64,000 nucleotides of DNA from contig JAUZTB010000098.1 in NCBI GenBank assembly GCA_034780895.1, positions 51,113,677-51,177,676 on the forward strand, in the 5' to 3' direction. A program made the translations under genes and the position numbers. This DNA comes from Rhynchobatus australiae (lineage: Eukaryota). This document shows positions 24,109 to 36,155 of this stretch, one piece after another (the stretch's first letter is position 1; every line of letters begins with the position of its first letter). Below the pieces are notes generated by a model. It was not told the DNA's origin and ran no database searches. It saw only the letters and a list, made by a program, of their open reading frames with translations.

Positions 24109-25461
24109 TCCATTTCTCTCCATAGATGCTGCCTGTCCCACTGAATTCCTCCAGCATTTTGTGTGTTTCTCCAAAATGTTACAGGTTTCCCCTCCAACTA
24201 CTTCCACCCTTTCAGTGTTATGTGTTCATTAATTTAAACAGCAAGTGACATTGTTCAGTGTCTGGATATTGCTGACAAGGCTGGCCTTTATTGCTAATAA
24301 CTTAAACAGTTTGCGAGGCCATTTAAAGGTCAACCACACTCCTTGGTCTGGAGTCGTATGGAGACTGGACCAGACTGAGCTGACAGATTTCCTCCCTTAA
24401 AGGATTACAACAATCCATATTTTCCAGATTACTAATCTGAATTTAATTTCCATAAGTGACACGTTGGGATTTGAATTTAGGTCTCTGGGTTATTACTCTG
24501 ATTGTTTAATTACAATACCACCACCATAGCATTGACTTTGGGAGCTTTGATGCTAAAATGGCTTTTGTCCAAGGCTGTGAGCTTCTGACGGCCTTTCCTT
24601 TCCATGGCAAGGAATGTCAGATCTATGTCCTTCCTGTGAATGGATTAGAAGAGGTGTTACCAGAGCAGGTTCACTACCTTTGGTCCACTGGTTTTGGGCA
24701 CTGGCTCAGAAGAATAATTAGTACTTCAGAGACTAGCTAGAGCCATCCATGTCTTGGAAGATCATACGATTGTGTACTCTACATAATAACCATAGAATTG
24801 ATATTAATTGCTTCTTTGGTAGCTATTAATGTCTTTGTACTCTTTTTTTTCTAGCATCTTGATGCTGCAGAATTCTCCCACACCATTAGTCCCTGGTTTG
24901 TTTGGTAGGTTGCAAGGAATTATCTGTCGTTCGTTGAAGATTTACCTGGCTAAATGGTGCAATCCACTTGTGTGTGTGTTTAAAATAAAATATCAACTAT
25001 CTTTAACTGGAACATCTTGTCCAAAAATTCACAAATGTCAGATAAATCTACCTTTGCATTTCACTGCCATCTAAAAGTTTTTCAGCCACAATGATATGCT
25101 GAATTGACTAATACAGAAAATGAAGCATGTTGGAACCATCATTCTATTTTTATTTCAGAGTTCCAACTCCTACCATAATCTTGGGAAAAGACCCATACCT
25201 TTATCTAGGACCTGCTATGACATGGAAATCCAGATTAATGAAGAAGAATGTGCATCCACTAATTTGGATTAAATCACCATCGCATATTTCTGGACCAAGA
25301 GGTTAATCTACACTCTAAAAGAAAATTATGACCTAAAAATTCATCTGCACAATCCTCCAAAGCAGTCATTAATGCAGTGATAAAGAATTTTGTGCCTGTT
25401 TCAATGTAAATTAATCCCAGTGATAGTTCAACAACAGAGTGGGGGCGTCAAAAGTACTGAT

Positions 25462-26540
25462 GAAAATCAAAAAAGCTGCAGATGCTGGAAATCTGAAGTA
25501 AAAACAGAAACTGCTGGAAACACTTAGCAGGTTAGTCAGCATCTGTGGAAAGAGAAACAGAGTTAACGCTTCACGTCAAAGACCCTCTGTCAAAATTGGG
25601 TAAGGGAGAAAATAAGTTAGTTTTCATTTGCATAGAATATGGGGGATATATGGAATAAACAATATCTTCGAAGGGGCAAAGCCAGGGTTGCATTGGGGAT
25701 AAGTTGTTGAGATCATTGGTCTTACGGGAGCAGTTAGAGAGAAAGCAGATGAACAAAAATTATGAAATAAAGACATTTGGAGGGTGACAATATTAACGGA
25801 AGAACTTAAATGGTGCAAAATACAGGGCTGCAAGACATGTCAGACTTTGGCAATGCCAATATCACAGATGGATGAATTACAGCAGGAATCATCAATTCTG
25901 ATAGAAAGTTGAAGTTGAATTATTTCATATCATCCAAAAGGCTACAATATGTCTTTCTCCTGCCTCCAGAATATCCAGTTCACCTGAAGCCCTTCCTCTG
26001 CCCTCTTGCCCACTCACCCTCTCTAGATTTAGTCGTTGGTAACTGCCCATGCAACATTCGCCATCTTGATTGTTCCACTCCTTTCACTCACTCTGATTTA
26101 CCCCCTTCTAAACTTTCAGCATGAAGAAACCAATCTGATTTGGTTATCAAACTCACTGACAAGGAAGGCAATGTTCTGGTCTAGCAAACAAACCTCCATC
26201 TCACAGAGGCCAAACATCAGTTCTCAGATACATCCCTGTACCTCTCTCTGGACTATGACCCCACCATTGAACGTCAGGCTGTTGTCTCTCATACTTTAAC
26301 AAACCTCATTCTTTGGGAGGTCTTCCCTCCACAGCTTCCAGCCTGGTAGTCTCTTAGCCCCGCACAGCCTGCTTGTTTCTTCTTTTGTCCAAGATTCACA
26401 AGCAGGATGGTGTGGTCAGACCCATCGTTTCAGCCTGCTCTTGCCCCACCAAAATTACTTCTTCCACACTTGACTCCACCCTCACTCCTCAGGTCCACTT
26501 CCTTCCTGCTTACATATGTGACACCTTTGATAATTTCCTG
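25462..26540 (+). mobile_element. Penelope-like RT N-terminal remnant (~25960-26540) preceded by an inverted pseudo-LTR (25462-25640)
   Basis: VIKLTDKEGN (cf. IKPADKGG) and FLLLSKIHKQDGVVRPIVSACSCPT...LPAYICDT are PLE RT motifs (LPKIHK...RPIVS...YIRDT). The upstream gctgcagatgctggaaatctgaa block is a reversed pseudo-LTR. Confidence 0.8.
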
Positions 26541-29146
26541 GTCCCAATCCGTTGCTTTGGCTATGCCTACTTTGAGAGGCCATAAAGAGAGAAGCCAAAG
26601 TAAATACAATTGTGATTGATATTTAGCAAAGCAACAGATTCTTTTGAAATGATGTACACATTGTTTACAATGTCATAGGGAAACCCACAACCTCACGCAA
26701 GGCATGCAAATAGTATACCACACATCTCGTCCTCTTCCTCTCTATACACTCTTTATTTTCTTAAAGCAATGGCTGAACCGATCCCACATCTTTCACCACA
26801 GCAAGACAGCTCCCTGAGCATACGACACTACCCAACATTACCTCAAAACGACTTTGTGCACGTTAACACCATCACACTCTGAATTCTAATACTTCACTTC
26901 TACTGCGTGCATGCAATAAGTTTCTGCTGGACTTCCAACAAAGTTATGGTGGCAGAGTGGTAGCAGCACAGAGGACTTTATTTTGTGGAATCTAGNNNNN
27001 NNNNNNNNNNNNNNNNNNNNNNNNNNNNNNNNNNNNNNNNNNNNNNNNNNNNNNNNNNNNNNNNNNNNNNNNNNNNNNNNNNNNNNNNNNNNNNNNNNNN
27101 NNNNNNNNNNNNNNNNNNNNNNNNNNNNNNNNNNNNNNNNNNNNNNNNNNNNNNNNNNNNNNNNNNNNAGCATAGCGTTAAGTCTCTAATGCCTATCATT
27201 TTCACAAGTGGATTGTATCTATTTTACTGACTGACAGCAGTAGATTTCTCCAGGGATTCATCACAGCTTCTCAGAATCAGTACCTTACGATCCAGGTGAA
27301 ATTTGCTCCTGGACAAAGTGTGATCACTGCGTTGAAGCTATTTGCATTACTGATTTCTCTCTCCATCTCTCCCTAATACAATGTTTGTCTCTACTCCAGA
27401 GGCACTTGACCTGGATTATCTGTGGGATTCATTGTGATGAAGCTCTGTATAGTTTTTCTTGGCTTTAGATGATGTTTTTCCCTTTTGGTCTCTCTGGCTA
27501 CTGTTCCTGCTTTTTTTTTAATGTTACAAATGGCTTCACTGTTGCCACAGCTGGATGGGGTGCCAGGGCCTATTCACTGGAATCACTGGACTGGATCAAT
27601 GAGCCTGTTAAGATGTGGTCTTCAGAAAAATGCAGGAGCAGAGGTAGACCACTTGCTCTAGTGCACTTTTAAAACATGATTTCCCTTTCAGAAAACCACA
27701 ATGACTCTGCTTGATGGTCTAATGATTTTTGAAATGTCCTGCTATTATCTGCTAAATAATGGACTTCACCATTCTCCCAATGACAGATGTAAGGCTAGTG
27801 GGCCTCTAGTTTCCTGCTTTCTNNNNNNNNNNNNNNNNNNNNNNNNNNNNNNNNNNNNNNNNNNNNNNNNNNNNNNNNNNNNNNNNNNNNNNNNNNNNNN
27901 NNNNNNNNNNNNNNNNNNNNNNNNNNNNNNNNNNNNNNNNNNNNNNNNNNNNNNNNNNNNNNNNNNNNNNNNNNNNNNNNNNNNNNNNNNNNNNNNNNNN
28001 NNNNNNNNNNNNNNNNNNNNNNNNNNNNNNNNNNNNNNNNNNNNNNNNNNNNNNNNNNNNNNNATGGTTCTCTTCTGTTGAACTGATACCAAGCATACCC
28101 TTGGATCTCAGAACTTCTAGGGTAAGAGTCTAAACGTTAATGAGCGATGCCAGAACTTGCCGCAAGTACTGCTGGATCTCATGGTGGCCTACAGTGGTGC
28201 AAATTCATACCTGTCTGCCACAAAACTGTCTAGAAGTTGATCCATTTCCTCATTGCTGATGAGTTGCATCAAAGATTTGTGCTCAAATAACCTTCTTTAT
28301 TTAAATGGAAGCTCCTTGAAAATGGGTCCTTCTGGTCATCAGCTGAGAATAAACAGGTGATGTCTCTCAGGATTTTTTTCTCCCAGTGCTCTTGCAAACT
28401 CTCTCCCCACAGGTTCCTCACCCCACTACCTCCACTCTTTTACCTGGTTCTCTGTACTCTATACATCACCAGGTGCACTCTTCTGTAACGTGATATGTAA
28501 CTCTCAGAGATGGGTGTGGATGAACTGATGATTGCAGTGATGGGAACGGCTGACTCTGGATACTGTGAGGTGTTCAGCCATTGGTGCAGACAGAAGATTC
28601 CGGGAGCTGGAACCCAACCGAGAACATAATGGTTGCTCTTCGGTTTTAATAACATTTAGCATGCATTGCATAAAGAGTTTTATATGTGGTTACGTAAAAC
28701 ATGCATTGAAGGAATGTTATTTTTTTGGTTCTAACCTCTTCACTACTCTTGTTCTCTTTGTGATGTTGTTGATAAGGGGGAAAGTGACTGCATTGATTGG
28801 CCAACAGCCCCATTATTGTATCATGTGACCATCTAATTCACCTTCTACCATCCAAGTTTACTTCATCAAGCAAGTCCTGTCTTCTTAGTTTCAGTTGTAG
28901 ATGGCACTACATCCTTTTGTTGCCAGGGACGGAATAAGTTAGAAGGGGGGTTGAGGAGAAAGACTATCAGAAGAAGGATTTTTGCATAGAAATTGGAATT
29001 CATCCTTTCTCTCTGTGATAAACAGGTGCCAGAGGTAACTCAATTTCCCTATTGGGTAATCCACCAAAAATTGGGAGATTGGTGGAAAACCCGCTAAAAA
29101 AAATTTTCATCCTAAGTCACATGGTAAAATTTTACCCGCCCCCATT

Positions 29147-29796
29147 GGGAGGTCAAATCCAAGGGGAAAGTATACAGTAAATGACAGGACTTTTAGGACC
29201 ATTGATGAACAGAGGGATCTTAGGGTGCAAGTCCATAGCTCCCTGAAAGTGGCAACACATGTAGATAGGGTGGTAAAGAAGGTGCACGACATGTTTAACC
29301 TTCATCGGTTGGAACATGGAGTATTAAAATTGGGAAGTCACGTGTTGGCTGTATAAAACTTTATTTGGGCCACATATGGAGTATTGTGTGTTGTTCTGGT
29401 CGCCACGGTACAGGAAGGATGTGGAGACCTTAGAGAGAGTGCAGAAGATGTTCACCAGGATGTTGTCTGGATTATGGAGTATTAGTTAAAAGGAGATGTT
29501 GAACAAATTTGGATTCTTTTCTCTGAAGCATCGGAAGCTGAGGAACAATGTGATAGAAGTGTATAAAATTATGAGTTGCATAGAGAGTCAGTCTTTTTTC
29601 CAAAGCAGAAATGTCAAATACTTGGATAAGATATCAGCGTTTAAGAGGCATATAGACAGGCACATGAACAGGCAGGGAGTAGACGTATATGGACCATGTG
29701 CAGGCAGTTGTGATTAGTTTACATTGGCATAATGGCCAGCACAGGCATGGTGGGCTGAAGGGCCTGCCCCATGCTATAATTTTCTATGTTCTGTGT
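29147..29796 (+). mobile_element. CR1-type (HER1-like) LINE 3' fragment
   Basis: EQRDLRVQVHSSLKVATHVDRVVKK...LYKTLFGPHMEYCVLFWSPRYRKDVETLERVQKMFTRML. 3' end gggctgaagggcctg...ttctatgttctgtgt. Confidence 0.9.
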
Positions 29797-30416
29797 CCCA
29801 GTGGGGACTCTTTAATTTTCATTTTTTGCTGACTTGCTGTGGGGTTAATTCCTTGTTTTACTCTGTGAGTTATTAATGAAGATTGTAGGTCACAGTTTTA
29901 AGAGCAGCTTCTGTCTGTGAACATAGAAACTGTTCACCAGATGATATTATTAGAAGCATGTCAATCACCAGGCAAATTCCAGATGTGCTAAGCCAATTTC
30001 TTAATAGTTGCCAATTGACCAGAAATGATTGCTATTGTGATCCTACATGCAAAAAATGGCTTCTATGCAAATCATGCAAAAATTAATGTGTGCAAGTGGG
30101 TTCAATTTCTGGATAACCATAATTCAAGAGTACTTGAATTTAGTCTCTAAGTATAGAAATAAAAAAAAGTCCTTGTGTTAACATGCTGTTCCAACTCTGT
30201 TCATGCCTGCATTATCTCTTTTCTCTTATTGGCTAAAGTGATCTGTATAACAGTGCTTACAGCCATGTCTCAAAGCAATAATATAAAAGTCAATGAGCAC
30301 CTCCTCTTTAAGAAACACAGGTTTGTCTATAAGTGCAATGCTCCTACCNNNNNNNNNNNNNNNNNNNNNNNNNNNNNNNNNNNNNNNNNNNNNNNNNNNN
30401 NNNNNNNNNNNNNNNN

Positions 30417-30778
30417 ACAGTGCAGTTACATTGAGTCAGTATAGAGTGCATTGATGTAGTACAGGTAAAAACAATAACAGTACAGAGTAAAGTATCACAG
30501 CCACAGAGAAAGTGCAGTGCAATAAGGTGCGAAGTCACAACAAGGTAGATCGTAAGGTCATAGTCAATCTCATTGTATAAGGGAACTGTTCAATAGTCTT
30601 ATTGCAGTGGGGTAGAAGCTGTTGTTAAGTCTGGTGGTACATGCCTTCAGGCTCCTGTGTCTTCTACCCGATGGAAAAGGAGAGATGAGAGAATGTCCCA
30701 GGTGGGTGGGTCTTTGATTATGCTGGCTGCTTCACCAAGACAGCAAGAGGTAAAGAGTCCATGGAGGGGAGGCTGGTA
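30417..30778 (-). mobile_element. Rex1/Babar-type LINE 3' fragment
   Basis: Minus strand encodes AASIIKDP..GHSLISPFPSGRRHRSLKACTTRLNNSFYPTAIRLLN, the characteristic Rex1/Babar C-terminus, followed by 3' UTR. Confidence 0.8.
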
Positions 30779-33700
30779 TAACAACAGGCAATGCATTCTA
30801 AAATAATTCTTTATATTTGAGGCACCTTGCGATATAAAGAACTGAATGCAGACATTAAAATCTGGAATTGAATTCAAAGCTTCAGTCTACATATTTTACA
30901 AATTCCAAGGAGCTCTTAAAATCACCAACTACTGTTTCTGCACTCACCCTTGTGTAATCAAATATTGTTATCTGGATAAATAATTTAAAATCAAGATAAA
31001 AGCAATGCACCTGCAGTTAAAGATTAGAATGCACCCCAGACATGGAACGTTTTAGTATTCTATTGCTTATTATTTCCCATTAAGCCTGCAGAACCTTCAT
31101 CACAGTCATCCTGTCTCCTTGGGTAGATGTCATCGTGATTTCAGAGCACTGACAGTTGGCATTGGGACTGACAGCTGCTGCAGGCACAAGAAGTGAGCCA
31201 GACTGAAAGTCCCTGCACCCTCACACATATCAAAAAAAAACAAGACCAGGGAGACATCAGAGCAATAATCTGCCCTCAAGGTTCAAGATGATGCTTCTAA
31301 ACCACTCTAGATTGACTTCTGCAGAATATGATGTCATCTCAAGTCTTCGATTCAATTACTGACTCGTAATAATTTCTAGTCTGATTGTGTTGAGCATAAA
31401 CTGCTCATTATAGCTGGCAGCAGCAGTCCAGAATACACAAAGAGCTGAAAATCAGAATTTGAAGCGGGAAAGCTTCAAAGAAAATATATCATCCTGCTTT
31501 TAGATAATTTCATTTGTAAACACTCTCCTACAATGATCGCTGAACTGCCTTCCACCTGCCATCCTGTCTTGTTTGCACTGAACTGATGGCTGTGTAGAGC
31601 TTACTACCGCTGCAGGCACTATCATAAATGTGTTGCAGAGGAATTGCGTGAGGTTGAAGGATCCAGATGAATGAATATATGTGCTTCAATGCCACGATGA
31701 GTACCATTAAAATCCAATCAGAGTTTGTATCTTTCTGCAATGCTGTGTTTTAATCTGGTATCAATGTACACATATTAAGCCCTTGGAATCTGCTCTATAA
31801 AGCACAACACATGAAATGAGTTCTCAGTTGATTGTTTGCTGCTAAAAGCATTCCCTATGAGAAATTAATACGAATGATCTAACCTTAGCTCTTGCTATTA
31901 GAAATATTCACATATCATATTCTCAATCAACTAGAATTGACTTTGTTTAACTTTACAGTGAACCTGGAGGCATTTTCATTGATCATGGAATTTCATATCT
32001 AATTCATTGCAAAATTGCTCCATACTTTTATTCCATTTTATTAGTGTTTAGTTAAAATAACCACATTATAATCTCCATAAACATCCTTATGGTGATAAAC
32101 TTCCTTGGAAAAATTAGGTAGACCCAGAATGTGAATTCTAAGCAATTAGCTCTTTAGCATTTAATTGCTGTCGAAACCTGTTGTGAACCTTGCTCAGCTC
32201 TGCATCTCAGACAACTTAGATAATCAATCTGTCACCTCACTGGCCTTCGTCTCCATGTCACTCTCTAATTTTGGGTAGCAATTATACTGTATATTGATAA
32301 GAGTTATTAGCATATTTATGATCGTTACTTTATATTTATTGTCTGCACTGCTCATTAATCTTCGTCTACTTTGTGGAGCTGACAGCTCAATCTATTTGCA
32401 ATCTCCATGTAGTATTCATATCTAGGGAAGCCATTGTTTCCTGTAAATAAACGGTGTTTGGGACCAGGGAATAATAGAAGAGCACATAGTGATTGGCACA
32501 AAGCAATACTGCTAATCAAAAGTGGATTTCATTACCAGCTGTGTCAAGTGTATTACAGCCCCATTGTTCTAGTGCTGCCAGGGCACGAGCACGGTTTGTC
32601 CCTCACCTTCCTGGAGATGAGCTGATTGTTTTCTCTGATTGGGCTTAGTTACATTATTATCCATCACAGCCAACAATACAGCTCACCCAAACAGACGCCT
32701 TTGCAGAGGCTGCCATGCATTTTGAGCAGATTTGACTTGCTAATGTGTAATCTGGTCTGCACAGATGTGTGATGAATATTCCGAGGACTTTCGTGCATGT
32801 CAGTCTGGGGCTAAATGAAGATGTGGTGATTATTAAGCGGTGGCAATTGGACAATGGCCAACAGTGGACTGAGCTGTTTCTTGGACTGAAATCTGATGAA
32901 TTCCTGGATGCTTATCCCAGGGGCCAGTGACAGCTCCTATCAGGAATCAATAGAAACTTCCTTTCAATTACTGAGACTGGCACTCAAAGGAAGAGACTAT
33001 GAATCTCAAAATAGAAATACATTTTCACTTTTCATGTGCTATTGAGACATTGGGAACTGGAGCTTTTACTTCACAGCATTACTGAATCATTAGAGGAGGC
33101 TGATCACCTGGTTGGGCTGGAATATGAACATTTTGGCACTTGCTCATTTCCTATTTTAGGACCATGTTTAATAGTTGTACTTTTGAATTTCTCCATGGTT
33201 GCTCCTAATACAGCTTCAATTGGCTAAAGATGATATGCAAGGGACCAGGAACATCAGACATTTTTCTCAGCCCTTCCAGAAATTACTGGTATATCAATGA
33301 ATGCTTGATGATGCATTGACATGACATTTCCCTGTGCCATTTAGTGCAGATGCTATCATATTTGTTTGGGCTCTTCGAAAAAAAAACAATTAGAGGAATG
33401 CCAATTAAATCTGGTTAGTTTGCATTCATTACCTCGAGATCCACCAATTGCTATGCCATGATGCTGTTCTTCAAAGCAATTTCATCCTTCACACGGACAC
33501 CTGGCTTTACAAATTTCTGAATTTCATCTTGAGTTTAATAAAATCTAAGCTTAAAACTGTGAAAATTGCATTAAAATGGGGTGCCATTTGATGCAGGTTG
33601 GGGTNNNNNNNNNNNNNNNNNNNNNNNNNNNNNNNNNNNNNNNNNNNNNNNNNNNNNNNNNNNNNNNNNNNNNNNNNNNNNNNNNNNNNNNNNNNNNNNN

Positions 33701-35901
33701 NNNNCAAATTTGATGCCAAATGGGGTGCAGGTTGAATGGTGCCATTGGGAGAACTCGTTACAGGTTCCAACATGAAGGCTTTTCAGAGCAGATTAATTCC
33801 GATCACTCTTATGTACTAAACTTGTCTCACTAACACCCCTTCGGTGAAGCTGATAAGTTGTTCACATTATGGATTTGGTCACATAAACATTTGATGAATT
33901 ATCGTTAATTCAATAGTGGTTTATACAAGCAGTAGAATTAAACTTCTTTAATGTCTTAATAGGCTTTCTAATGACACAATGTTCTTCTTATTTCAGTACT
34001 TGATTGATTTTGGTCCCATCAATTTGTCCATTGACCATGATTTTGTCATAAAGAAAGTTGCTTTGAGACACTCTGAGCAATCTGTTCTTAACGTTTGCAT
34101 GAGCAGCCTTAGAGTAACAACCCATAACATTCTTCTGCCTATCTGAGGAAAAATACTTGCCATCTGTTTTGTATTATCACACTCACTTAATGAGATTGGT
34201 GCATTCATAGATGCTGATTGATATTGGACTATATCGTGGTGCACCACATTAGAAACCCAACAAGCTGCACAACATTTCCTCCTTGTGGTCCTTTACATAA
34301 AAGAAAAATCTTCATCGCTGTAACCAATGTTATACCAATAAGAATATTAATAGAACATCCATGGCACTTCATAGAGGGAGTGCTGCATTGCAGCACCAGT
34401 ACAGGCAAAAGCTCATAGAATAAAACAGAAAATAATGGAAATGCTCAGCAGGTAAAGCAGTGTTTGTGAGGAGAGATGCAGAGTTAGTGCTTCAGGACAT
34501 GGTCTTTCCATGCAGAAGACAGGAGTAAAGGGAATGTAGAATAATGATGAATTTCTTTAGGTGCAATGCAACATTATTTTATTTATAATTTTACTTTGGA
34601 AGATTTATTTTGTGCTGGCTTTTCATTGGTTGTGACTAAAAGGATGCTATAACAGAGAGATAGAGCTAAAAATTGTAGGACAGTCGGAGAATGGGATTTC
34701 AGTTACTCATTTCACAATCAATCTCATTTTTCACTTTTTGCTTGACCCAGCCAGAAGGGGATTATCTCATTTGCTGCCTCCTACCCATTTGGTCCTCCCC
34801 CTCACTGTACTCCACAGCTTCTTGCCTGATAGCTGGTGTCAAATGTTAACCACATAANNNNNNNNNNNNNNNNNNNNNNNNNNNNNNNNNNNNNNNNNNN
34901 NNNNNNNNNNNNNNNNNNNNNNNNNNNNNNNNNNNNNNNNNNNNNNNNNNNNNNNNNGGTGTCAAATGTTAACCACATAATAGAACTAGAGCTGTGGATG
35001 GATTCATTGTGGAGTATTCGTGATGCTGAGATATAAGTGGATAGCAGATTTAGAGAACTGGTCACATTGTATGTCATTAGAATGCATAGGCAGGAAGTGA
35101 TTCAGTGATTGCCAAGCATGGTAGAACAAGGCAGGTAGTGCAGGAACTCCTTGTGGCCATCCCTCTATCTCTAACATCTTTGGATATTATTGGGAGATCA
35201 GGTTTATCACGGGAAGTACTAGAGATAGGGGATTCAATTGTAAGGGGACAAGAAAGCATCTTTTTGGTTACAGATGAGATTCCAGGATTAGAGTCAATGA
35301 TGTTTTGGAGTGGCAGCAGGGCATCTGGGGTGGGAGGGTGAACAGCAGGTTGTTGCGTTGTATAACTGTAATGATGACATGGATCAAAAAGGAGATAAGG
35401 CCTGGGTGCCTAGATTCAACCCCACAAGTTGAATCTATGTAGTTAGAAAGTAAATTAGAAAATGGGATCTCATTTAGTAATCTGATGATCCAGAGCCACG
35501 TACTCATCAGGGTAGAAGTAATAGGATACATCAGATCCTGTGGCTAGAGGAATGAAGTAAAGGGGAGCATTTCAAATTCCTGGGATATTGGACCCAGTTC
35601 TAGGAGGGAGAGACCAATACAAGCCGGAGGGGCTGTGCCTGGTTTGGCCTGGGACCAATGTCCTGGGGCAGGGTTTGATAATGCTGCCAGAGAGGGTTTA
35701 ACCTAAAATGGACAGAGGATGGGAACCTCAGCAGGAAGGTAGAGGAGGGAATAGAAACACAAGACAGGAAAGGGAAAAGCAAAGGCGGAAGCTGGAGAAA
35801 TCAGTTTGGGCCTGAGCACAAATAATGCTAATGGGACAAAGAATGTTAAAATGATGTGCCTTAAGGCTTTGTCTTAATGTGCAGAGAATTCACAATAAGA
35901 T

Positions 35902-36079
35902 TTTTACGAACCAACAACAAAAGAAACACACCGAGACATGTATAAGTGTTAAAAACTACTTTATTAATAACTACTTATGNNNNNNNNNNNNNNNNNNNNN
36001 NNNNNNNNNNNNNNNNNNNNNNNNNNNNNNNNNNNNNNNNNNNNNNNNNNNNNNNNNNNNNNNNNNNNNNNNNNNNNNN

Positions 36080-36115
<36 letters not shown>

Positions 36116-36155
36116 TCTTAAAGGAACCTCACTAATTGTAACCTAGTCCGTAACA
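35902..36155 (-). mobile_element. Probable solo LTR inserted in the CR1 endonuclease
   Basis: The insert splits NK|VDEL. Termini t(t)ttacg...cgtaaca approximate TGTTACG...CGTAACA. A minus-strand AATAAA (tttatt, ~35960) is present. It contains a gap and a (CA)n tract. Confidence 0.5.
36080..36113. repeat. (CA)n microsatellite abutting a gap
   Basis: 17 visible AC units. Confidence 0.95.

Larger units (their letters stand above)
23466..24174 (+). mobile_element. Penelope-like element 3' end preceded by an inverted pseudo-LTR copy
   Basis: 23466-23670 is a reverse-complement pseudo-LTR. 23680-23718 encodes the ORF end HGMNIDFSNFW*. A forward pseudo-LTR runs to 24174. Confidence 0.85.

Noticed and set aside
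25159-25272. Acceptor-like tttttatttcag followed by an open 37-codon stretch (SSNSYHNLGKRPIPLSRTCYDMEIQINEEECASTNLD*)
   Set aside because: No recognisable homology and no supported upstream exon. Such frames arise by chance.
32895-32960. CTGATGA followed by an attcctg/caggaat stem and GAAAC
   Set aside because: Five extra bases separate the stem from GAAA, and I found no stem I/III. It is not a credible hammerhead.
33575-33750. Shuffled short repeats (atggggtgc, atttgatgc, gcaggttg, ggtgccatt) on both sides of a gap
   Set aside because: Probably a collapsed minisatellite. The unit cannot be defined because the centre is Ns.
34835-34980. 23-bp direct repeat around a 100-N gap
   Set aside because: Same scaffolding artefact.
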